The position numbers and the translations under genes were made by a program. The notes below the pieces were generated by a model that saw only the letters and a program-made list of their open reading frames with translations, searched no databases and was not told the DNA's origin. DNA of 64,000 bases from Candidatus Woesearchaeota archaeon (GTDB lineage Archaea > Nanobdellota > Nanobdellia > Pacearchaeales > GW2011-AR1). Below are positions 28,918-36,713 of the stretch, piece after piece; the first letter of the stretch is position 1, and each line of letters opens with the position of its first letter. Location of the stretch: contig CAYFMD010000002.1 of NCBI GenBank assembly GCA_964344105.1, positions 2,905-66,904 of the forward strand, read 5' to 3'.

Positions 28918-31668
28918 TCATAACCTCCAACTCAAATACTTTCTATAATCCCTATCAACATATTCTTCCTTGAGTTCTTCATTTCCAGTATATTCAACTT
29001 CCCAGATCTTTATAGGTCCTTGAAGTCCTTGATAATAAACAAACTCTGGAAGATCCATTCCTCTAGCTCTCAAATCATCTAATATCAATGAAGATTGTGT
29101 ATGTGCCAACTTGAAGTTAGGGAAATTACCAAATGCATCATCCAATATGTAAACTTGTGCCAACATTCCTCTCAATAATCTTGGACTGACATACAACATA
29201 GCTCCTTGCTCTTGCAATGATGCCCTCCCATTTTCCACATTCAATCTCGGAATAACATATGCAACAGCTTCTATTCCCGAACCATAATCAAACAACTGAC
29301 CCTTAAAGTAGATGTATCTTAAGTTAACATCATATTGCTGACCTTGGTATGTCATTATTGCCCTAGGTTGCTCAAACACACCTGTTGCAGTATTAACAGG
29401 AGTAACTATTGCCCCAACACCTGCATTCCCTGAAGGTAATAATATCTCTCTACCATCTTTCTCAATAATCAAATCCTCATCTAACCCAATTCCTCCTGGA
29501 TATACAAATAGTGTTTGACTAGAAGTCTCTTGCGTCTGACTATCATCTAAAACAAAAGGTCTCATGAATGAATATCTATCAAAATTCTCATCACTTCCAA
29601 TACTAGAGAATGCAGTATATTTCCCAATATCTGTACTATCAATCAAAAAGTAATCTACATCATGATTATACAATAATTCTAAAGCATCATGTTGGTTATC
29701 TCCAGTCAATACATGCCTTCCAACGAGATAATTCCAATACACAATAGCATTGCCTCCATCTACCATGGTAGCTCTATCGCCTATACTTTGCACCCAATAA
29801 CCATAGTCCCACCAATGAGAAAAGACCGCATCTGTAGGTGTATTTTCCCTAACCCAATTCATAGCCCTCTGCCATTGCAGATTATATGAACTAGGAACAA
29901 AATTGTAAGCCTGATAACTAATGCTTTGATAATAAACATAGAATGTATAAAGGCTAGCAATCAAAATCAAAATCACTGCAAGTCCTACCAAAACCTTATT
30001 CACGCTTTCCTTTGACTTAGTATATCTATCTACTACTTCTACAACCAAGAATCCAACAAATATTGTGGATATTGGCCCAAGAACCATAATCAATCTAACA
30101 GCTCCTCTAACAGTAAATAGTGTAACTATAAACAAAGAAAACAACAAAATATATTCATATCTAATCTTCATGAAAGCATCATCTCCAGCTTTCTGATATC
30201 TAAGATATGTTCTCAATAACAGGTAAACAAACAATAGAACAGAAACATAATAGAACGCCTTACTTATCAAATTATCTCCATTAAACACACTGCTTGCAGA
30301 ATATCTGGAATAAACCATTCCAGCCAATAAGAACATAAAGCTAAATGTCAAAATCCAGGCATCTTTATTCTTCAATCTCATCAACATCTTCTTGAACAAG
30401 ACTACAGAACCAATTACAAACAACCAGAACATCAAAGCAATGTTCTTGAAGTAAGGGCCAAAGCTTCCACTCCATTCCTGGAAGTTAGGCTGCCTATTTT
30501 CAGCAACAGTTATATTCCATCTACCAAAGATTGGCTTGAAAATTGTCTGATGAATGACCTTTATCTTATCTATTATAAATTCAGGCCCCAATGCAACAAC
30601 ACTAAGAATAGCAATCACAATTATAGCAACAATAAAACTCTTGATTGGCCTAGGAATATCATATTTATTCAACAAACTCCAATTTCTAATTTTAGTATTC
30701 CAAACCAATCTATCTACAATCAAAACCAAGAACACAAAGACAGCACTTCCAGAAGACAATGAGGTTAGTGTAGAAAATAATTTATATCTTCCTGAAAAGA
30801 AAACCAGCATAGCGATAGAACTAATCAACCAAACCCCATAGGCATAAAAATGTCTTTTCTTAACCTTACCAAGTATGAAAGATATTAAGGCTGCAACAGC
30901 CATTGGAATAAACACATAAATTACTCCTCCCCAAATCAATCCCATTAATCCTGTAGAAATACCTGCCAATAATCCCCAAATCACTGATTTTTTAACAGTC
31001 AAAGATTTCCAAGCTTTCAAAAATAGATATAATGATAAAAACAAAAAGAAAAAGGCAGCACTTTCTTTCTCCGGAATTCCTGCAATAGTTCTTGATAAAA
31101 ATACAGGGGTAACTATCATAAAAAACGTAGCTATTAAAGACATAATATTGGCCTTCAAAACACCTTTCTTAGTTTTCCTAACAAACAATTCTCTAACAAA
31201 CAAAAAGAAACTAATTATAGTAAATCCAAACATAATTACTGGAAATATAACTCCTGCAAACTCAATAGGGTAATCTCCAAACCAATTAGCTATTTTATGA
31301 GTATATGCAATCATATACGGGAGCAACTGACTTTCAATGGAATTATCAAACCCCACCGGAACATTCCTCATCATATCAATCGCAGGCAAACTCCCCTCAT
31401 TTACTATAGTCTCCGCACTACGCAAGAACAACCAGGGATCTAAATCTGGACCCAATGTCCATGTCTGTGTAGTAATATCATAAAGCCCAGGATTACCCGA
31501 CTGATGCTCAGTCATTGGAAGAGCACGTATGTACATTCCCAAAATAACCGCAACTATCAACAAAACAACAACCCATCCCTGTCCCTTAGTAAGAAACTTA
31601 AATACCTTCTCTTTCCTTTCTTTCAATATATCACTACTACCTCTCAACTCACCAATTTCATCCATCAA
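28918..31668 (-). CDS. aglB: archaeal oligosaccharyltransferase AglB (STT3 homolog)
   Basis: 916 aa, N-terminal 13-TM domain plus a large C-terminal domain carrying SHWWDYGYWVQS (WWDYG motif). Confidence 0.9.
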   Translation of the reverse strand: MMDEIGELRGSSDILKERKEKVFKFLTKGQGWVVVLLIVAVILGMYIRALPMTEHQSGNPGLYDITTQTWTLGPDLDPWLFLRSAETIVNEGSLPAIDMMRNVPVGFDNSIESQLLPYMIAYTHKIANWFGDYPIEFAGVIFPVIMFGFTIISFFLFVRELFVRKTKKGVLKANIMSLIATFFMIVTPVFLSRTIAGIPEKESAAFFFLFLSLYLFLKAWKSLTVKKSVIWGLLAGISTGLMGLIWGGVIYVFIPMAVAALISFILGKVKKRHFYAYGVWLISSIAMLVFFSGRYKLFSTLTSLSSGSAVFVFLVLIVDRLVWNTKIRNWSLLNKYDIPRPIKSFIVAIIVIAILSVVALGPEFIIDKIKVIHQTIFKPIFGRWNITVAENRQPNFQEWSGSFGPYFKNIALMFWLFVIGSVVLFKKMLMRLKNKDAWILTFSFMFLLAGMVYSRYSASSVFNGDNLISKAFYYVSVLLFVYLLLRTYLRYQKAGDDAFMKIRYEYILLFSLFIVTLFTVRGAVRLIMVLGPISTIFVGFLVVEVVDRYTKSKESVNKVLVGLAVILILIASLYTFYVYYQSISYQAYNFVPSSYNLQWQRAMNWVRENTPTDAVFSHWWDYGYWVQSIGDRATMVDGGNAIVYWNYLVGRHVLTGDNQHDALELLYNHDVDYFLIDSTDIGKYTAFSSIGSDENFDRYSFMRPFVLDDSQTQETSSQTLFVYPGGIGLDEDLIIEKDGREILLPSGNAGVGAIVTPVNTATGVFEQPRAIMTYQGQQYDVNLRYIYFKGQLFDYGSGIEAVAYVIPRLNVENGRASLQEQGAMLYVSPRLLRGMLAQVYILDDAFGNFPNFKLAHTQSSLILDDLRARGMDLPEFVYYQGLQGPIKIWEVEYTGNEELKEEYVDRDYRKYLSWRL

Positions 31669-31706
31669 AATACCTAATCTAGGATGTTTTTAAAGTTATA
31701 GCAAAA

Positions 31707-31719
31707 CAAATCTTTATAT
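31707..31719 (+). promoter_or_regulatory. archaeal TATA-box-like element (CTTTATATAAG) upstream of cysteine-rich gene 31742, in the divergent aglB intergenic region
   Basis: TTTATATA about 28 nt upstream of the ATG, consistent with a leaderless archaeal transcript. Confidence 0.35.
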
Positions 31720-31741
31720 AAGAAAAGTACCTAGGAATTGC

Positions 31742-33262
31742 ATGAAAAAGAGGTCGAAGAAGAAATCTTCAAATAATTTATTTTCAAATAGAAATCTGAT
31801 TATAGCATTAGTAATCTTAGTAATAATAATTTTAATCCCAAAGGGAGGCATAACTGGAAACGTAACCAATGATGCAGAATCTGATGGAGGATTTATTGAC
31901 ACTTTAATAGATTTTTTTACAGGAGGCGAATCTTTTGATGATTTATTCTCAGCATTTTTAGTAGATGAAGAAGATGAGGAATTCCATCTATGCTGTGATA
32001 ATAGAGACGAGTGTACAAGACCAGAGTTAGACAATGCGATAAAAACTTGCTTAAGAAATCAAGAGGGTGGACAAAAATACCATGAGGATTGCGGGGATAG
32101 CGGGATTTGTTTAATAGATTGTTTAGAAGACAGCCATTGTGGAAATGGGGAATTTTGCTGTAATAAAGATGCATTCGGAGAAAATGGCTGTACAGGATTC
32201 CAAGCAGGAAGATGTTTTGCAGATCCAGATGCACCTACAGATGAGGGCAATAATGATGAATCAGAAAATACTGATGATGGAAAAAGATGTTGTGTAGCCG
32301 TTTATACTGAAAGACAGGACTTCCCTTGCGATATTATAACTGACGAACAAACTTGTCTAAACGCAGAAGCTGGAAATGTTGCTTCAGATACTTGTGGATG
32401 GGATGAAAACACATTTACATGCTTTAACAATGAAGCTAAACTATGTGAAAATTCAATGCCTCAAGATTGTGACCAAATAATATGGCACCCTACAGATGGA
32501 AGTCTTTCGGGAGTAAGCCCTACTGACAGCGTGGACATATCTGAACTAGATATTCCAGATGACTGTGGATCTGATATTCACATAGAATATTGTGGACATG
32601 GGGTAACTGATGCTTGTGAAGAATACATTGAATTGGGATTTAATATAGCAGCAATGACTGAGGGCACATGTAATGCAGTTACGCTAGATTCAACAGCTTG
32701 CTACCTATTCTCTGATATTGATGCAGCAATACAAGCAGCAAAACAAGAATGCTTAGCAACAGGAACAAATTGTGAAATTTCAATAACTGCAAACCAATGT
32801 CAAGGGTTCATATGGCCTGATAAATGTACTGAGGTTGAAGGGACTAGTACCGAGGTAACTCTTTGTATAAAAGACGGAGAAGTAACTGTTGACTACAATC
32901 CTTGTCATGCAGTTGGTATAAGTTGCTACAACCCAAGTAGTAGTTGGCAATGCGAGATAACTGATGATAATGGAGATATTAAACTAGTCGAGCAATTCTG
33001 TTGTGGCCAGTTCCAAGGATTTGGAAATTGGCACTATCCAGGCCTGCCCTGCCCGGGCTATGAAGAAAACTCTTGCTTGGAAGATCAACTTTGCACAGAA
33101 ATACAGGAACAAAGTGGAGACACAAGAACCTGTAATGTTCAAGAGAATGGCCAAATAGTTGAGAAGGACCAAATCTGCTGCAAGGAACAAAGGGCTCCTT
33201 CCCCTGGAGAGCCTCTAGAATATGATTATGTCTGGAGGAATCTCGGTGAGTGCTTTGGATAG
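31742..33262 (+). CDS. cysteine-rich secreted/surface-anchored protein, family member 1
   Basis: Leader MKKRSKKK..SNRNLIIALVILVIIILIPKGGITGNVTN, then an acidic domain with about 1 Cys per 8-9 residues. TATA-like TTTATATA about 28 nt upstream. Confidence 0.6.
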   Translation: MKKRSKKKSSNNLFSNRNLIIALVILVIIILIPKGGITGNVTNDAESDGGFIDTLIDFFTGGESFDDLFSAFLVDEEDEEFHLCCDNRDECTRPELDNAIKTCLRNQEGGQKYHEDCGDSGICLIDCLEDSHCGNGEFCCNKDAFGENGCTGFQAGRCFADPDAPTDEGNNDESENTDDGKRCCVAVYTERQDFPCDIITDEQTCLNAEAGNVASDTCGWDENTFTCFNNEAKLCENSMPQDCDQIIWHPTDGSLSGVSPTDSVDISELDIPDDCGSDIHIEYCGHGVTDACEEYIELGFNIAAMTEGTCNAVTLDSTACYLFSDIDAAIQAAKQECLATGTNCEISITANQCQGFIWPDKCTEVEGTSTEVTLCIKDGEVTVDYNPCHAVGISCYNPSSSWQCEITDDNGDIKLVEQFCCGQFQGFGNWHYPGLPCPGYEENSCLEDQLCTEIQEQSGDTRTCNVQENGQIVEKDQICCKEQRAPSPGEPLEYDYVWRNLGECFG

Positions 33263-33299
33263 TCTTAAATACCCCAAAAACATACTAAAATAACAAAAG

Positions 33300-34694
33300 A
33301 TGGTGAAGAAAAAAACTTCTAAAAATAATGTATTATCAAACAAAAACTTACTTATAGCATTGGGATTAGTAATCCTAGCTATAATTCTTTACAACATATC
33401 TGGAATAGAAAATGAATCTGGATTGGGGCAAGCATCTCCTGGATTCAATACTTTTTTCTCAGCTTTCGTAGGTGCGCCTGATGCGGGAGATATGGAAACT
33501 CCTGGGAAGGATGATAGCGTTTCTTGTTCAGGAGGGAGATATTGCCCAAGAGGAACCAAGTGTGTAAAGTCAACAAATAAATGTGTTAAATATTGTGATC
33601 CTGCGCAATTTTATTGTAGCCCTTCAGTAGACGATCCTAATAAAGACGGAATTTGTGACAAGCAAGAAAGAGTTTGTGTTTCTTGTTTTATTAATGAAGA
33701 TGGAGAGAGCATAGGGTGTGATGCAAATCCAAACGGGGAAGTTTGCATAGGCACTCCTGGAAAGCGTGAATGTGTGCAATGTAGTTCAGATGATCATTGC
33801 CCTGTGAGAAATGGAAACCAAGATCATGATTTCTGTGTAGATAATAAATGTGTTGAATGCACCAAAAGAGAGCATTGTGGAGATAAAGAAGTCTGTACAG
33901 AAAACAAGTGTGTCCCAATAACAAGCTGCAGAGGTGATGATGGATTTGGAGATATTGATTTATGTAAGGAGCCTTATGACGTTTGTTATGTTTCAGGTTA
34001 TTCTGGAGGAAGCGACGGTGATCCAAACGATCCAAACGATCCAAACCCTATTTGTGTAGCCTGCGCAAATAATCCTAATGTCCCTCCCAATGGGGTGATT
34101 GTGGGATGCGACGATCCTAGAAAGCCTGCATGTGATTTTGGCCCCGCACTACGCAGATGTGTTGAGTGTACGGGAGATAGTCACTGTCCGAATGATAAAC
34201 CTAAGTGTATGGATTATGAGTGTGTTGAAAGATGTGTAGAAAATAGTGATTGTCCAGAAGGATATTGGTGTGCGAATAATCCTAGAGAGTGTGTTGTACC
34301 TAATTATGAATGTGACCTCGCTAATGGTGATCTTGATTGCCCAAGAGGTTACACTTGCCTCGATCCGGATATTACTGGAGCTAGAGATCCTTATTGTGTG
34401 CCTCTACCAAAAGAGAACGGAGATTTCATAGACTGTAATCCAAATGACCCTGATGCCTGTCCTGCAAATACCAAATGTGGGCCAGTTGGAAATATTGGTA
34501 ATAAATGTAAGCCAAAGGAGTGCACGAATTCTATAGAATGTTCAGACCAATATATTTGTAAGAAGTTTCTTCAAGGAGGCACTCTTAGTGAAAGGGGAAC
34601 TTGCTTACCTCCAGTACCTGCAACAGGAGAATGCACTGGACATAGGGACTGTCCTTTTGGAGCTCAATGTATAAACGACAAATGTGCTGTTTAA
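33300..34694 (+). CDS. cysteine-rich secreted protein with CVECxxDxHCP repeats, family member 2
   Basis: Leader MVKKKTSKNNVLSNKNLLIALGLVILAIIL, about 52 Cys, repeated KCV(E/Q)C(T/S)xxxHCP modules, DPNDPNDPN encoded by a 9-bp tandem repeat. Confidence 0.6.
   Translation: MVKKKTSKNNVLSNKNLLIALGLVILAIILYNISGIENESGLGQASPGFNTFFSAFVGAPDAGDMETPGKDDSVSCSGGRYCPRGTKCVKSTNKCVKYCDPAQFYCSPSVDDPNKDGICDKQERVCVSCFINEDGESIGCDANPNGEVCIGTPGKRECVQCSSDDHCPVRNGNQDHDFCVDNKCVECTKREHCGDKEVCTENKCVPITSCRGDDGFGDIDLCKEPYDVCYVSGYSGGSDGDPNDPNDPNPICVACANNPNVPPNGVIVGCDDPRKPACDFGPALRRCVECTGDSHCPNDKPKCMDYECVERCVENSDCPEGYWCANNPRECVVPNYECDLANGDLDCPRGYTCLDPDITGARDPYCVPLPKENGDFIDCNPNDPDACPANTKCGPVGNIGNKCKPKECTNSIECSDQYICKKFLQGGTLSERGTCLPPVPATGECTGHRDCPFGAQCINDKCAV
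34019..34045 (+). repeat. 9-bp tandem repeat x3 (gatccaaac) encoding DPNDPNDPN
   Basis: Direct reading: gatccaaacgatccaaacgatccaaac. Confidence 0.8.
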
Positions 34695-34835
34695 CTACCC
34701 AAAAACCCTATCCATCTCATCCAATAACTCACTAGCACTACCGTGCTCTTGAAAATCATTCATTCCACATAACTTACACTCACTAATATCTTCAGAATGA
34801 TCTGTACCACAATTCTTACATTTATATGTAACCAT
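34695..34835 (-). CDS. small C4 zinc-ribbon protein
   Basis: MVTYKCKNCGTDHSEDISECKLCGMNDF (CxxC...CxxC). Start placed at internal Met to avoid overlap; the ORF track runs to 34943. Confidence 0.4.
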   Translation of the reverse strand: MVTYKCKNCGTDHSEDISECKLCGMNDFQEHGSASELLDEMDRVFG

Positions 34836-34840
34836 CTTTC

Positions 34841-35701
34841 TTAAAACAATGCAGGAGTTATGAAAACTTCTATCAATGCAGCAACAAATAAAATCAAAAC
34901 AGCAGCAATAACTAGGTTCAAAGAATCCTGTAAAATGGTCCAAAACTTGTCAGACCTCAAATCATGTTTAATTATAGCAATACTTACTATTCCTCCTGCC
35001 AATGCCCCAATAAAATAACTCCCTATCTCTGGAACCCCATGTATCATATACCTTCCTAGTGCCAGAGGCAAATTACTCAAACTTCCCTTAGAAAAGATTC
35101 CTATTGCTGCCGCTATAACGCTAGCATTCCAAGCCAAGATAAATATAGCTCCCGCACCAAATATCAGGGAGAACAGCAAGGTAAATATCAAAACGTAGAT
35201 ATTATTTATGAAAATATTAACAATCTTATCTTTAGCAGATAAAAATCCAGTTGTGCTAGGATCATGGCCTAATCCATAATCAGAAATACACTGCTCAAAG
35301 TTTGTAGGCCTATTAATCAAACAATACGTCTCTATCTGCGCTCTAAAGCTCTGATTCCCATCCTCAAATACAATATACCAGAAACTAAAGGCAACAATAA
35401 ATCCTAAAAACAAAAACATAAGGTAAGTCAAGGCCTTTCCATGTTCTTCTAACAATCGCCAAAAGCCAGTGCTAGTCAAATCCTTCTCCTCTTCATACTT
35501 TATAGCAAAATACAAGAAAGGAATAGTAAACATAACACAAAAAGTAACTATCAGCATACCTGTATATTGTGACAATACTGGATCTCCAGAAAATATCCAT
35601 TGGGTCAAAAACAAAGACACTGTAGCATAGAAAGCTCCAATAAAAAACATCTCCCACGGCCTCTTCTCAGCCTTAACCGGGTTAATTAACATCTCAAACA
35701 C
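34841..35701 (-). CDS. SpoIIM/DUF95-family polytopic membrane protein
   Basis: N-terminal MFEMLINPVKAEKRPWEM, multiple TM helices, MIHGVPEIGSYFIGALAG segment typical of DUF95. Confidence 0.5.
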   Translation of the reverse strand: MFEMLINPVKAEKRPWEMFFIGAFYATVSLFLTQWIFSGDPVLSQYTGMLIVTFCVMFTIPFLYFAIKYEEEKDLTSTGFWRLLEEHGKALTYLMFLFLGFIVAFSFWYIVFEDGNQSFRAQIETYCLINRPTNFEQCISDYGLGHDPSTTGFLSAKDKIVNIFINNIYVLIFTLLFSLIFGAGAIFILAWNASVIAAAIGIFSKGSLSNLPLALGRYMIHGVPEIGSYFIGALAGGIVSIAIIKHDLRSDKFWTILQDSLNLVIAAVLILFVAALIEVFITPALF

Positions 35702-36713
35702 TTTCTTTACCTCCTTTAGTTCTCCTCTTTTGAATAATCGCTAACCTATTTCTTAACACAGGAAGCTCCTGATCTATCTTATGCAATCGGTCTTTATATT
35801 TCTTTACCCTAATGTTATATACAAGTCCTGAGATAGCATTTTTCTTATACCTGTCTATTTGCGTCTTCTTTATCAAACTAATCAACACATTCCTCTCTTG
35901 CTTCATCTTAGCTATCTTTTTCTTCAATATCTTAATACTAACTTTCTTACTTCCATAATATGTGCCTCCTATAATTAGAACAATCAAAACTAGAAGTAGT
36001 ATCCAATATCTCTGAACGAAATTCTTAGCCCCATCTCTAACTCCTGAAATAAAACTACTTCCCTCTCTATCTGATTCTATAGAATCTCTCAACCTATCTA
36101 ATAATTCCTGGGTATCCTGATATCTTTCCTCTCTAAACGCTATATCAACTTCTTCTACAAGATTAACCGTCAACTCACTCGGTTCTTTTAATGACTCAAA
36201 ATCCTCATTTCTCACCTTAATCATATCTTCTAATAACAATGACTTAGTTTCTCTTTCCTTTATCTGATCAGTTAGTTCAATAACCCCCTCATAATATATC
36301 TCTTCCCAATTTACCAATCTAAGTGCCGCTCTGGCTCTAGCCTTTTCCTCCAAATTAGGGCTATTGCTTCTTAGGATGTCTGCAAATTTAGCTCTCTCAA
36401 ATACCCGTCTAGCCTCCAATAAAAGATCTTCAACAAACAACGTATTAAACCCATGCTCTTTCATTATAGATATAGATCTATTAGCCTCCTCTATAGCTTC
36501 TAAGGCCATTTCTTCTGTAACTATAACCTTTTCATCACTATCATTAATTATTGCAAAACCAGTAAACAATCCTCTTCTCTCAATCCCCAAGCTTTCGTCT
36601 ATCAAATCATTCATCTCCGAGTTAGCAATATTAAAAGCTGTATAACTAACAAAACTAACAACTATGAAAATTCCTAAAACCCACAAAAACTTATCACTAA
36701 ATCTCATCTGCAT
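35694..36713 (-). CDS. bitopic membrane protein: extracellular helical domain, TM, basic cytoplasmic coiled coil
   Basis: N-terminal signal anchor, second TM (YWILLLVLIVLIIGG), K/R-rich C-terminal tail. Confidence 0.45.
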   Translation of the reverse strand: MQMRFSDKFLWVLGIFIVVSFVSYTAFNIANSEMNDLIDESLGIERRGLFTGFAIINDSDEKVIVTEEMALEAIEEANRSISIMKEHGFNTLFVEDLLLEARRVFERAKFADILRSNSPNLEEKARARAALRLVNWEEIYYEGVIELTDQIKERETKSLLLEDMIKVRNEDFESLKEPSELTVNLVEEVDIAFREERYQDTQELLDRLRDSIESDREGSSFISGVRDGAKNFVQRYWILLLVLIVLIIGGTYYGSKKVSIKILKKKIAKMKQERNVLISLIKKTQIDRYKKNAISGLVYNIRVKKYKDRLHKIDQELPVLRNRLAIIQKRRTKGGKESV

